64,000 nucleotides of DNA from Anthoceros angustus (lineage: Eukaryota > Plantae > Anthocerotophyta): positions 186,001 to 250,000 of the forward strand of contig MU008172.1 in the NCBI GenBank assembly GCA_010909165.1. The letters run 5' to 3'. The translations under genes and the position numbers were made by a program. Below the pieces are notes generated by a model. The model worked only from the letters and a program-made list of their open reading frames with translations, had not been told where the DNA came from and did no database searches. Of the stretch, positions 46,131 to 59,959 are shown in pieces. Each line of letters begins with the position of its first letter. The first letter of the stretch is position 1.

Positions 46131-47169
46131 GCTTCCCCCTCTAAGCCACTTATCGCAGCCAAAGCCGTGCGTTGGGTTTCGTCCCATGAGACTTGTGTGA
46201 AAGCTTCGAGTCTTGTGAGAAACAATCGCTACTACTGCTGATGACACAACTTCTCAGCCTTCTAACAAGCAAGGCGCCTCTACTCTCCCTCTTACGGCGG
46301 CACCACTTGCCTTTGCAGAAAATCACCAATCCTCGACCTACAACGACACAACACAATTGCAGGTCACCTTAGCGAGGAGCCTATCACGCCGAGGACCCAC
46401 AGTCCACACATAATTTCGTCCCTACTTCTAAGACCAATCTTCTCCACTCGGGCGCCCTTTTGCAGTTGGGATTAGGTCCCTTAGGCTGCACTGTGGCCTT
46501 CCACTAACACCTACCTCTAATCCTCTACTCATCTCCTCCTCTTCCTCCTATTCTAACCTCGGTTTGGGCTTCTTGGCCTCGGCTCGCCCTGCAGCTGTGC
46601 ACAGGGTCGGCCTACAGCAAGTTCTTCCTTGGGCGGTTGCTATGAGTTTGACACCAGATAGCGAGAACCTCGAGTCTTTCCTGTAGTCTACCCTCAAGCC
46701 GAGGTTCCACAGGCATTGCCACACACCCAAAGCAAAGCAATTTCACGGCAACCATTCACAAGAGCAACTCGTTTAGGCACTTGCGAGCAAGCCCTCCACC
46801 AAGCACTCAGGCCACGCGACTTCCTCTCTCTAGACTGCGTTGGCTCACGGTAAACGAATTCCTTTACAAGGGCAAAGGACTCGCGAGTATGATACTTTAC
46901 TTTGTGAAATCCTCCTCCTCTTATAGAGGCCTTCCATACAACCTCCCTCGGGTGACCACATTGCAGGAGCCACCTTTCCCAATATTTTATTATTTCCCTC
47001 TTGCCGATGTTTAAGACACAGCATCTAAGTCTATTATGCAGTTCTAGATAAACTCTATTCTAGCTACTTCACCTAAGATCATTCTTAAAGAATGTGGTCT
47101 ACATCACTATCCTTTCTATTATTCCTCTCATCATTTATGGTCTTTGACTATTGTGGACAAAGCGGACTC

Positions 47170-49150
47170 TCCTTGGGGTTAGGAAATAAGTTGGGTTTGT
47201 TTTTTATTAGGTATGGAGTGTAAAATAAGGCGGAAAGGGAGGAATAGCCAGACGGTACTCGGGCCATACTCCAGACTCGGACTCGAGAGGTGAGTAACGG
47301 ACCACAGGCCCACTCGAGGACCTCGGACCACGCACCCGGAGAGTGTCAGGATAAGTCGGACCTCCCGGGTCAAAATGGGATAAATCCATAAGTAAAGTAA
47401 CTTAGAGTTGGAGCATGAGTTAGAGGAAGCCGTGGATGGTCTTGAGTGGTGAGCGGGCATCGTGAGACCCGGGACCGTAGGGTTGCAGTGGCGTTATAGG
47501 CGGTATTCAGCTCCGGGTACCATGTGGCCCGGTAAAGGCCAGTAAGCGTGGCGTAAGCCATGCAGGCCCATGGCAATAACAGTGCGGACGGTAGCCCCTT
47601 CCGCGGCGATTACTTAAAGCGGCGGAGGTCATTCTTCAAACAACCGGCCGTACTCTCTCGAGACACCCGGCTCTCTGGCGTTGTCTTTTATCGCTCGAGC
47701 ACCCTTCGCGGTTTGACTTGGCGAGTAATTGGCCTTGGCAGGAAGGGGTTGTGGAGCCTCACGTTTGACGGCGGAAGGAAGGGTGTGGGAAAAAGCGGCG
47801 GAGGTGCCGGGGAGCCATGGCGCTTAGTGGGCGCAACAGCGTCCTGGCCTTCTCCGAACTTCGAGTGGTGCGTTTGGAGGAGGCGGAGTAGCACTGGACA
47901 TTTTCCGGTGTCTAGACCTTGACGGGCGTCACCCTAGTCCGGGAAGATCGCCAGGAAGATGTTGGCGGCCAGGAGGTCCGATCAAGAATGCTGCGGGAGG
48001 ACCCTAGGGTGGTGGGTGGAGGTCTGAGTGATTTACAACCGCCCAGTGAATAGGGGGTAATGCGGAACCCACGAAGGTGAAGGGGAAGGTGGAAGCGGCC
48101 GGGCGGCCCTTTTGCGACCGAGGGGCGGCGATCACTCAGGTGGCATTGTCTCCGGACCTCACGGGCGGGAGAAGTACGATCGATGGCGAATTATAAATCC
48201 CTTTGGAACATGGCTTCGACCAATGTGGACCACCTTGGGAACAATTTGCTGGTGTTCCTCCACGACCTCCGGAAGAAGCGCCAAACTAGGCGAGAATAAT
48301 TTTGCCGGATCAGCGGAGGCTCATGGTGAGTGCAGCCACCTCCCGCGTTATCGCCGTTCTTGATCATGTGGGGCACGAACCTTACGAAGGAGGTGAGGAG
48401 GCGACCCTCCGAGGAAAGGTTGGCGCCCCTGGGAGGCGGAAGGAAGGTGCGAGCGAGCCCGGCGGTCAGGAGCCAAGAGGTCGGGAGGAGGCGGCCCAGG
48501 AGGGATTCCAGGACTCCCATCGTTTGGGCCGGACCCCCTCGCCACCTAGGGAAGTGTGGGAGGACATCCACTTCTCTCCTCTTAGTGCCGGGAGCGGCCA
48601 GCGGAAGGCGCAGGGGCAGGAGTTGGTGGCTCCGGCTCAAGCAGGCAGCCAACAAGCGGCAGTGCTGAGCCCCGGCCGGACTCGTCGGGAACCGAGCGGA
48701 AGGCGGTGCCGCGCCCGCGCGGCGGGGCCGGCGCGTGCCCTTGCCCTGCCGCCAGCGGGTGGCAAGCGGGAAGTCTGAAGAGGCGGAAAGGCCAGGCAGG
48801 AGGCGGGAGGCCAGCGGCCACCGGGCTGTCTGTCCCCAGCAGGGAGAGGCAAAAGGCTCCGGACCCCTTCACCACCTCAGGAGCCCCGGAGGAGGCAGGC
48901 GGAGAAGGAGTTAGCGGCCAAGGGCCAAGGAGGTGAGCTCGGGACCAACGGCCTCGGGACACGAGGGTCCCGATTGAGTCCCGAGAGCCCAGTCATTAAA
49001 CTCCATAGTTTATTATAGTAACCACGGTCCTTTGGGTTACTTAAACTAGGGTTAAATACATTACTTAGGGTTTAGTATTTAAGACCAACTCTTTGTAATC
49101 ATTATTATTCATTATTCAAGTTTGTTGTTCTCTCTAAGCAATATTGTCAT
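47170..49150. mobile_element. LTR-like segment (GC-rich core, AT-rich end), family unresolved
   Basis: Composition and structure only; no partner LTR in the window. Confidence 0.25.
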
Positions 49151-51349
49151 GAGTATCGAGCAAGGTATCATCTATCTTCCTTGCATTGCTAGAGACATCT
49201 TCCTCTGATGGAAAATGACTACGCCGCAATAGGAATCGGGTGCACAGCAGGAGCTTCTTTAATCTCATCACTAATAGCTATATCAGAGAGAGGGATCGTC
49301 TAAGGCGCCTGGGCCGACTATCACGATCATCTTCATTAAACAGAACTCCTGCTTTCGGTCACATGTTCCGCGGCCATCGATATCTACACCTCCCATTACC
49401 TTATCTGGGAGGTTTAGGGTATCAGGATAGAAGGAATTCACAAACATCGGAGTGTGAGCAACCTTACCCAAGGCAATCAAGCAGAGGAAGCCTCGCGGCG
49501 ATTTTTGCTTAGTGAGGTCTATGACGAACCCGTTGTTACCTTAGGAGATTTGCAAGGTATTTTGTTTGACACACAACTCGCAATCAGGCACTTACGAGAC
49601 AGATTTTCCTGGAAATCAACGGCATTAAACAGCAATTGGATGCCCTGGTGAAGCAGTTCAGCGAGAATCTGGAATTGAGCGATGGCCCCATAGTTGATGG
49701 GCATCGCCATACGATCTTGTGAATTTTAGCGGGCATTGCCCGGCCTCCCTGCCCAGCAATTTTCTGATAAATTTGCCAAAAGGGACGGGAGATTCCAAGA
49801 GTCGTGAGCTAGAAATTGAAAGGACACCAATCAAGTTGGAAAAGGCATTTTGGAAGGAAGGTTATTAATTAATTGTGGTAATTAATTAATTGTTTAGTGA
49901 GCGATGGGTCACACCTAATTGCCACTATAGCTGATGGGTCACACCTAATTGCCACTCCAGCCATCACCAACTACTGGGTACCCTTTCATCTTCTCGCGAC
50001 CGTCAGGCGAACCGAATTCCGCTTCAACTTCTTTGAGGCAGGGCTCGTCTGCCATGCGGAGCACCGGCCGCGTCGGTGGGCGGGTGTGCACAAGGCCAAG
50101 CTTTGATCTTTGCCCAAGGATTATTTTATGCACACAAACGGGATTGTATGCAGGATTAAGCCAGGATCTGCCAATTTGTGAAAGGACGAGGCTTACTTTC
50201 CATTCCGTACGCCATCACCACTCAGCGCTCACGGCGGTTACCTAATGACCAGCGGGCTCCACGGCTCACGCTGAGGATCGGCCTTACGGATCAGCGGCGA
50301 TTTCACCGCCCAGGCGCTTGCGTCCTCACGGCGAGACCATCCCCATCGATCGAGTACGGGCGACCACGACCTCCGCCCGGCGCACGAGTTGGATCTCTAG
50401 GTTTCATCACGGGCGGGATCTACGCCGGTCGCGGCGGGGTCTGCCGAGCAATTGCGAGCCGAGCGCTTGGTGGGGGTCTTGCTTGCATCCGATTTGCGGG
50501 AACCGGCCCGTAGCCACGCACCACATAGGGTTCTCGATACGGCCCGGTCGCCCAGCATCGGCCGCCTCGTACTCCACGGATCAGGCGCATCCGGGATCTG
50601 CCGGCCTGTACTCGGGATCGGGCGCCACATCCGGGATCGGCCGCCTCTTGCCGCCGCGGCCCGGGATCGTGCATAGCCGGGATCGATCGCCGCGGAGGGA
50701 GGATCGGCCGGTTCTCTTACCGCGTCTCGGCTGCTGAGGCGCCTGAAATTCCTTTACACTTCCACCATTTCACGACACATCCTCTACAACCGTGAACACA
50801 TCATGGCTGGAAATTGACGATAAGGTTTGGATAGCGAGGACATTAAGCAGCGCTCGAATTTGAGGAGGCCATGCTACGGATGCGGGCCGCCTCGGGAATT
50901 CTTGGATCGGTAGCCTTTGGTTCTCTACTACGGAGCTTTTGGTCGGGACATTTGGCTCTTTCACAAGAGGAAACGACATCAACATCGGGATGGATCCAGT
51001 GAGGCAATTTTCTAATTTTGCACGGACCTTTCTCACAAGGTCGGGAGGAGCCTGAGGATCGAACTTTACTACCTTCACCTGGAGGCGAGTTTTCTTCAGC
51101 ACAAGCATCGGGTTCAACCTACCAGTTTCCCTCAAGCAGTACAACCTTTGCCAACCTACGGAGTTGGACTTGGGAATCCTACGCCTACCGGGGCTGGATT
51201 CGCCAACCTTCTTAGGCGTTTGGGCTGGATTTGGGAATCCGTGAGTGGATATGAGCGGGCTTGGACAAGGCAGGGCGTGCAGGATCCTGCGATCACGGCT
51301 GGTCCGGAGTCTGCTCACAATCACATGCAGGCCCATAGCCTACATGCCT

Positions 51350-53610
51350 TCTTACACAATTGAGTTCAAGGAGGCGGGATAGGTTTAATGGGACTAAATA
51401 TAATGCCGGAGTGTTCGCATGCGTCTTTGCACTAGATGCCGGCATGTGTGGGGTGTTGTTAGTGGACAGATCCAACCACCTGCGGCTCGCTCCACAAATT
51501 GATCAGGAGAGATGGGAGAATGCCAACAACGTAGCCGAGCCCTCATCATTAGTGGGCTTGATGAAGTGTTAGTGCCGGTCGCTTTCCTTACCAAGGGGCG
51601 GGACATCCGACAGCTTGCACAAACATACGATGTGAAGAATGTACTCACCTATGTCTTTGTCGGAAGTGAAATTTTTCTTCGCATGCGTGATGGTGATAAA
51701 GTTCTTTTTTGTTGGAAAATTCGAGGCAACTTAGAGCTACCTTGATTTCACTTGGTTTTCCCATGCACGAGCTTGATGTCGAGGCTGTTTTTGACCAGCC
51801 TTCCCACCCGCTATCGCCTTTTGTCACTAGCTATGGTGCCACACTTCGTGATGCTAGTAGGCTGCAGCACGGGTCGCCCAGTTGATGATTAGCTTTGGAT
51901 GTAGTTGGAGCCGCCTTCGTGAAGAGCAGCCCTCGCAACACATCGCACTTTAATTCGGCAGACCAAAGTCGATAAGGTTCTCTCTACATCCAAGTTCCGC
52001 CTAAAGGCCGGCAAGCTTTTTCCCTTCTAAGGATTCCAAGTCAGGACAGGTCAAGAGGACAGGTGCCTGCAATTGGTGCGGATCCCTTGGTCATTGGGAA
52101 CGAGAGTGTAGAAAGAAAAGGTCGGAGAACCTAAGAAAGCCGAGAAGACTCTCGTGCTCACTCCCCAAGCCTTCTAAGGCGACATCCGCAAGCCTCCTGC
52201 TGTTATGAGCTTGCCACCACTGTGTTATTAGATGACTGGTACTTGGATTCCGGAGCAACGACACACGTCGGTCACAACAGGACTCTGATGAGCAATTTTG
52301 TCTCATTGCACACTGCTGAACGGGTACTTTTGGGAGATGAGATTCCTAGAACAGGACTCAAGATTCTTGGACGCGGATCCTGCTATTTTCAGCCATTTGA
52401 TGGAGAGCTCCTTCGCATTGACAACGTCCTCTATGTGCCTGATATGGCCAAGCACCTTTTGTCAGTAAGCCAGCTTATGCAGCTTAAACGTTTTCAGCTA
52501 ACTTTTACTTCTGACGGCTGCATGCTCACCACCTCTGGTCCTTCACCTTCCCTGGTTGCTAAGGGCCTGCTAGAGCATGATTTATATAGGCTAGATATAT
52601 TTTGTGTACCTACCAAGAGTGCCCGTGTGGCTGAGAGGTCTCAGACAGCTTTAGCTCAGTTGTGGCATGCCCGTTTGGGCCATGCTAACAAGGATAAACT
52701 CATAAAAATGTCCAACTTCGAATGTTATAGAGAACCACTACCTAAGTGTTTTAAGGACCCTCCCATATGTGATTCTTGCATATTAGCCAAGCAGAAAGAA
52801 CTCCCGTTTCCAACCATCAGCTACAACACCACATCCCCTCTAGACCTAGTTCATGCAGATATCTCTGGAAAAATACATGTTCCTTCTTTAGGTGGTTCCC
52901 TCTATTACCTCACCCTTACTGATGATTTTAGCCGCTACTCCTGGACCTTTCCCATGAAAAGAAGCTCGACACCTTTGCCTATTTTCAGGAATGGCTTACC
53001 ATGGTTCAGATGACCGCGCCTCTCCATGCTTGAGGTATGGAGGTGCTCCGACAATGGTATGGAGTTTGTGAATGGCCCTTTTGATGAGTACTTATCTGGA
53101 CAAGGGATCATTCGCAATCGAGATTCTACACTCAAGAACAAAAACTGTTGTTCGCCAAACCAAACTTTGCTCAGCATGACTCGGAGTATGCTAGCTTGGC
53201 GGCTTGAGTGTGTAAGGTGAGGCGGTTGGATTGCCACCTACATCCTCAACAGTTGCTTACCACTGCTCGGTTGTACACCTTTTGAACGGATCTGGAAACG
53301 CAAGCCCAGTTTGCTCCATCTCCGTGTGTTCGGCTCCCCTGCATATGCCTATATCCATGAGGAACAGAGGAAGAAGCTGGAAGATCGAGCTCGACCCCTT
53401 ATTTTTGTTGGATATGGTGAGGAGACGGGTTGTATGACCCTCCACCAGATCCTCGCCTTGCTCGGAGCATCACTTTCAAGGAGCTCACTCCACCCAGCCC
53501 GACATCTTCTCTTCCGCCCGCTCTCCTCACTTGATGTTGCGGATTTTGATGCCCCTCCCACAGAGTATCCTCAATATGCTGCTTATGAACCGCCACCTCG
53601 CCTGCTTTGA
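51350..53610 (+). mobile_element. Second Copia family: gag, zinc knuckle, protease, GAG-pre-integrase, integrase; RT and RNase H absent
   Basis: CNWCGSLGHWERECRK (about 52068-52115); WYLDSGATTHV; LWHARLGH...CDSCILAKQ; LDLVHADISG, LTLTDDFSRYSW, SDNGMEF; HLRVFGSPAYAY..KKLEDRARPLIFVGY. Confidence 0.92.
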
Positions 53611-56449
53611 TCAACAGTGCAGCTAGCACTCGTGGGGTGGAATTCGATATGTGTAGTTCCGCAGGCTCCGCCGCATCACAACTCTGTTGTGGATTTTCAG
53701 TGGATGCGTAACTTGAGCGTGATGACGAACTGCACTTTGACACACAAAGATATGGACATCCATCCAAATGTTCCCGACCAGCTCAAGATGAACAAAACGG
53801 CATCGCCTCCTCAGATCATCCGGAGGCCTACATACTTGGTAAGCGAGGGACCCAATCGCCGTAACAATAGTTGGGTCCAGTTTGGGAGGTGATAGACCAC
53901 AATTCTTCATGTTGTCGATTGTCGGGCCCATCACTCAGCAAGAGTACCCCATTAGGTCTAACCTCCTTCACTTGCAAGATGCGCTGGTGCCAGTGTCAAG
54001 GTATCTCCTGCTTGACATCGCAAGTAAATGAAGTCTCCACCTCGAAATTTCTTCGACTTTTGGAAATTGCCATTCGTGTGTGAGCATACCCATGTTGGAT
54101 TACATTCCGACACATCGCTTTGAGGGAAGCGACACTCCTTCTTGAGGGAAGTGATAAACCAAAAGGAAAGCAAAGGAGAAGAGCGACTGGGGTGTTGGGG
54201 CACTGTGAATATGAGGTTGGCATTTTCGAGGGGCCTTGGCCTGGGGTGGTGGGGCACCAGGGTCAAGGCCCGAGGGGCCCACTTAAGGCGTGTATATTTA
54301 GAAGGGTTTCTACAAACCCAAAAGAAAGCGGAGCAAAAGTTTGCGGGGGTGGTGGGGCACTGTGGTCATGAGCTTGGCATTTGTGGGGCCCCAACTTTAG
54401 TTGAGCCCTATCTTTATGGAGGGAAGCTCGCGGGTTACTGCCGCAAAAAGTGAGGTGGTGCGTTGAGCCTCATGTGGTGGGGAGGTCATGCTTTGGGGAC
54501 CCCTATGACTTGGGCGCTATATACATGTAGGGATCTCCTTGTTTTTATGGGGAAAGCTTGCTCGAAAAGATGTGTGGAATGTAATCCAACATGGGACAAA
54601 AACAAGTGCTCTTGCACTTGTTGAGAGACGCCTCCCGAGGCGGTAAACTCGAGAGTTGCAAAGCTCTCGAGGCCAAGTCTCTGCCTACTCGTTGGTGATG
54701 ATCACGTCGCGGGAAACCGTCGTTGTCGAAATCCTGCACCAACGGCGACCAGCTCCAGTCGGTCGACGATAGCCCCACCATAGAAACCGANTGCCGTCAC
54801 CGTCAAGTTCTGCCTTGTGGCGGAGGACTTGGAATCAAGTGGCGCCATGCGGTTCACGGAAGGAGGTGTGTCAAGAGGGCAGCCGGTGGTAAAGGCGTGT
54901 GTTGGGAGGTGCCGTCACGCCTAGTGACGGCGCTGGACGGAGATGGGGTCGGAGGGAGTGAGGCCGTGAAAGACATGAGGGATGGAATCGGAGGCGGATG
55001 AGATTCCAGCGGGGAGGCAATTGTGTCGTCACCGGCAAGGCGGAGGCGAGGGGCATGGGTCAGCTGCTGAACAAATGGGGTGGGAGAGGGAGGCGGTGGC
55101 GAATGGAGGAGGCGGGGTCCATAGCGAAGCCATGGTCGTGGTGGGGGCCAAAAGGCGAGTGGCAGCCATGAGGGAATTTTGAGGGAGGAGAAAGAGGGCG
55201 GGGAGTGCTTGATGGCGACGCAACAGGCCGAGAGATGAGGCAGGGGCGACATTGAGGCGTGCCTAACCGTGCAGACACATACAGCGCACTCCGTCTTGAA
55301 AGCATGGACCTCCATGAGGCCCCATTGAGGCTCGCCACGTGACAAAAGGTGGAGGCCGAAGAGGAAAGCGGGGAGGTGCTGGAGGCGGCGGGCCGTGTGA
55401 CGCGCGGGCGCCACAGCGGAAAGAGCGAGGATGGAAGGAGGCGGATTGTGGGCAAGAGGTACATAAGAAAGCGGATGGGGTGCGGGAAGGTAAGCAATTG
55501 AAGGTCGTTGTGCACACCACTATATCTGCACATGTCTTGAAGGGCATGCTGCGATGTTTGTACCGTGGAGTGCGTGCGGAGGAGGCGGAGGTGGATGCGA
55601 TGGAAAGGGAAAGTCATGAGACGACGCAAGAGGAAGGGAGGAAGAAAATCGCAAAACAGGGGGGTTGTAGGAGGTTTCCTTCTCATGCATACGATGAGGA
55701 GTAGGAAATTAGAAATGAAGAAGCGCCCTGTATGGAGCGAAAAGAACCCCGCGCCGGCGCAAAGCAAACTCCTAGGCAGAAGGACAAAGTAGTAAATCGA
55801 TAAGAAGGGTGGGCGAGCCATGGCAAGAAGCCGATGGGCATGGGGACAAGCCGCACGTGCGCTAGAGAAGGTAGGTTGCGACCGGATACACAAAAATAGG
55901 CGGCAGGGGTGAAATGTGGGATGTATGTATGTTTTCGAGAATGATGAATACAAAGTATAGTATCACGGACGTGTACAATTTACGTTAGCGATTAATTATA
56001 AGCGTGTTTTATACAAAATGAAATATAACCGTATGTCACGAAATTATCGTATATGGCATATTACCAATACCAGATTCTCTAGATGTATGCATACATGTAT
56101 TTATTTATATGTATTCATACGAGGTAATAAGGAAACCAAGTATTCTATATGGTAAATGTAGTAAAGGAGGAAGGTAGATGGGGAGGAGGTTGACCAAGCC
56201 TCCAAAAGTGTTACAAGACTTTTCTTGTAACACTTTATATTACAACCGTGTTGCAATCTTGAGAAGGACAAAAGCGCCTCTCACTTCATCTCAACAAAAT
56301 TGCAACACACTTGCAACATGGTTGCAACAAACACTCCGGTTTGGTTTCCAAGCCAAAGTGTAACAAGCCCAAAAGTGTTACATGACCCCAAAATTGCAAC
56401 ATAAGTGTTACATCCGGGGTCCAAATCTTAACATAAGTGTAACATAGGC

Positions 56450-57130
56450 TGCCTTTTCTAGTAGGGCATGGGGACACAGAGAGCAGGGGTTCGTTGAGGC
56501 GATGGGCGGAGTGGCGGGGTGAGAAGCGGCCTTGGCGGTGAAGGCCAAGGCAGTGTGCATGGCATGGAGAGGCGATAGTCATGGCGAGTGCGGAGTGGAG
56601 GCGGCGTGAGCGGGGGGTGGCGGGGCGGAAGGGTTGGAGGATGGGATGGGCGGAGGCGGAGGCGGGCGGGCGGGCGGGGGCGGAGGGAGGCGGGGGCGAG
56701 GGGCATGGGCCGGGTCCGAGGGGCGGCGGAGGGGAGTGCCACTGTGTGAGTGGAGGAAGGGAGGAAGGGAGGCGGGGCCGTCTGCGAGGAAGGCGGAGGA
56801 GGCGGAGGCGGAGGGGCAGGCGCCGTCGGGAGCGAGCCAGGCGGAGGGGCAGGCAGGAGGCGGAGGCGGAGGGAGGCGGAGGGGCGGCGGATGGCAGTGG
56901 CGGGGCGGAGGAGGCGAGCGGAAGAAGGAGGGAGATGGGGCCGAGGCGCAGGCAGGAGGGATGGGGAGGACGAAGGGAGAAGCGAAGTCGGAGGTGGAGG
57001 CAGGCAGTGCACTCGAGCACAAGCAGTGTCTGGCGGGTGTGGAAAGGGAGGCAGTCGGGAGGCTGCCTTTCAGTGGAACTTTGAGGAACATCGCGGAGGG
57101 GCGGAGGAGGCGGGGCCGGACATTGAAGGG
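56450..57130. repeat. G/A-rich low-complexity tract (GGCGGAGG-type)
   Basis: Strong G skew on the + strand; the many long ORFs here are compositional. Confidence 0.8.
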
Positions 57131-57799
57131 GCTCATGAGGCTGGGATGTGCACCATGGGCGTTGAGGAGGTGGGCACGGTGCCGAGATGGAGAGGATGCT
57201 CAGGTCAGAACACTAGAAGGCGTGCAACCTCATCCTACAAAATGTGACCATCACGCGGGTGTGGGAGTGCGGATTGTGCAGGCGGCATGCGGGCAGTGAG
57301 GTCTTTCGTGCGAGAAGCGGTGGACGTGCGAGCCCATGCCGGAGGCCATGGAAATCTTGCATGATCAGTGAGTGCGATGCAGCAGTGCCGATGTACATGT
57401 GGCACATGGTGTGAGTGTTGAGGGAACTTGGTCCCCATGGTGGTCATTGAGTCCAAATGCCGCAGGAGAAGCGAGAGGAGCTAGCAGTGCGAGTGCTTTC
57501 TGCAACGACAAGATGTACATGTTCCACTTGAGGTGCCTGCCATAGATGGGGCCACGCACTACATAACGTGGGCGGTGCTCGAGGACAACAAGCGGGCGGG
57601 GAACAATCTGGCGTCGCGGAGGCGGAGGTTTGGTCACCGCGGATTCGGTCCGATTGTGCGGAGCACAACCTAGTGGAGGAGGACTGAACCAGCGGCAGAG
57701 CAGTAGGAACTTCATACGGGGGCCATCCGTGCACAATCGTGCATAATCAAGTTGTCATGTGAAGGGGATTTGGATGCATTGTGCTTGCGATTGCGGTCA

Positions 57800-58290
57800 C
57801 AGACTATCCGGAGCCGGGGCATATAACGCGGTGGTGGGGATGTGGGTGTGGGCGTGGATCGAGCACGGAGGCGAAGGAGAAGTGGGGCTTCGCATAAGAG
57901 GTACATGTTGGAGCTCCAGATGCGTGAGTTGGATACCACGAACCCTTGGCACATACATTCCTTGCGCAAAGATTCATGCCCACCATGAGGACGGTGGCGA
58001 CTTTCGTTGGTGTGGAACTTGCAGGTGAGGAAAATGAGGTCGGGAGGCGATGACATAGCAGCGTGGGTGGGGATGTGGGTGTGGGCGGTGGATCGAGCAC
58101 CACGGAGGCGGAAGGAAGTGGGGCTTCTGTCAAGAGGTACATGTTGGAGCTCAGGGGCGTGAGTTGGATACCACGAACCCTTGGCACATACATTCCTTGC
58201 CTTGACATTCATGCCCACCATGAGGACGGTGGCGACTTTCGTTGGTGTGGAACTTGCGGTGAGGAAAATGAGGTCGGGAGGCGATGACAT
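57800..58290. repeat. Tandem duplication, period about 240 bp, in a degenerate Cys/His-rich ORF region
   Basis: gtggggatgtgggtgtgggcg...gagttggataccacgaacccttggcacatacattccttgc occurs twice. Confidence 0.85.
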
Positions 58291-59149
58291 GAGCCACGTC
58301 CATGAGGCCTTCCGGAGGAGGAGGCGGGTGGCTGGTAGGGCCGCTTTGCTTATGGGAGTAGGCAGGAGGGCGACAACGACTACTATGTCCCGGACCACAA
58401 GACGCCCGCAACGTTGCACCGAGGTGGCACCGCTTCCTCCAATTGCATTGCCGATGGGTAAGTGAGCGTCAAGCCAAGGCCGTCGTGAATGTGAGCACCA
58501 GCGATTCTGACGACAAAGGATGTGTGCAGGACATGCAAGTGGCGAGGACATGGCGTCTGAGGCGGGGCTTGCAATGTACAAATTACCTCCGGACATGTAT
58601 CGTGACGAAGGTGATGTAGGCCAGACAGCGACGGGATCCCACCGCAAAGATATGGTGTGGGAGTGGAATGAAGACCGATTGCACTCTGTGGACATGGAGA
58701 GCCCTTAACCTCTTGAACACTTGTCATCCGAGGTGCGTCGCGGAGGCGGTGTTAGCAGCAGAGTCTTGGTTGTGTACTGCAAGCGGGTAGAGAGGTGCAC
58801 ATGGATAGGAAAGGCGAGGGAGTGAGTTCCGCGGACCCAAGACACACTGAAAGAAGGCAGCCTGTATGGGTTCTGACTTAATAAGCAAGTGTGACGCACA
58901 TGGAAAGCTGGGGCAAAAGCAGGCGGGGGTTGAGGCGAAGGGAGAATGGAAGCGGGCCAAAATCACGGGCCGAGGGAACACGATACAAGGCAAGCATGAG
59001 CCGAGGGCCAAGTTGAAAAACGGGCATGATATGTGGCAGTGGTGAGAATAAGCGAATGAGCGTCAAAATTTGGTCAAGTCAAAGCATGGGAGCGGGATGC
59101 GAAGACACCTACAAATCTAAAGCCGTAAAGGCCTCGTACATCAAGTCCT

Positions 59150-59600
59150 ATCAAAACCCCTGCTCCACGGTGCCTAAAGCACATGACCAGATCCTAACCC
59201 CATGATCACCGCCTCGATGATGTAGAGGTCGTTCATCTCCTCCCACAAGACATGGTTGGCGTGCGTCCAATTCGTAGAAGACGTTGAGATGAAATCCAGG
59301 AGGGGCGATAAGGCCGAGGCCACTGCAGCCTGACTCAAGCCAGTGAAACTTGGCCATCCACACCTTGAAGTCCTCCAGTGACTCCGGGTGCTTGGACCGC
59401 GAGGCCTCACAATGATCGTTAGGACCCAATGGCCACCCATCAAAATGGGTATGCATGAAATAGTGCGCCCACTGGAAGGCACTCGCAGAGGGAAGTCCAG
59501 TCCAAATACACTGCGACCACGTTCCTCATTTCGAAAGAACTTGAAGTCAAGGGTAGTGGCGATGAGGTCGTTGTGGTCCTCCGCATGTCGCAATAAGCAT
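59150..59600 (-). pseudogene. Ulp1-like (C48) cysteine peptidase remnant, transposon accessory type
   Basis: TTLDFKFF...TISCIPILMGGHWVLTIIVRP (PI..HW.L His motif), then ...ESLE. The catalytic Cys region could not be read. Confidence 0.55.
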
Positions 59601-59959
59601 CAAGCTCCTCGTCTGACGGAGGATGCATTATTTTTGGGGTCATAAGACACAGAAACAACTCACTCCACATATTAGGATCGGGTGAGCTCGGAGGAGATTG
59701 TGGAACCCTCCTCCACTGCTGCCCCGCACATGCAGTGGCTGCAGGCTGCGCGGCCTGCGGCATGTGAGGAGGAGAGGTGGGCCGGTGCCTGCCATCCCGC
59801 CCACAATCGCAGTAAGCCTGCAACAATACCTGCAGTGGCACCAGGCAGCCATCTGCGTGTCAGCCGTTTGCAAGAAAACGAGCATCAAACAATTCGGCAT
59901 CACCATGGGCACGAAGAAATGGGGACGAGGTTAGTTGGTGCTTGGTGCAAGGATGGATG

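Noticed and set aside
49903-49956. 24-bp direct repeat (gatgggtcacacctaattgccact, period 30) as a mini-CRISPR or binding site
   Set aside because: Only two copies with a 6-bp gap inside a transposon-rich zone; best explained as local slippage.
11657-59600. Functional link between the SUMO E2 gene and the Ulp1-like SUMO protease remnant
   Set aside because: They are 47 kb apart, and Ulp1-like domains are routine transposon accessories; no evidence of coupling.
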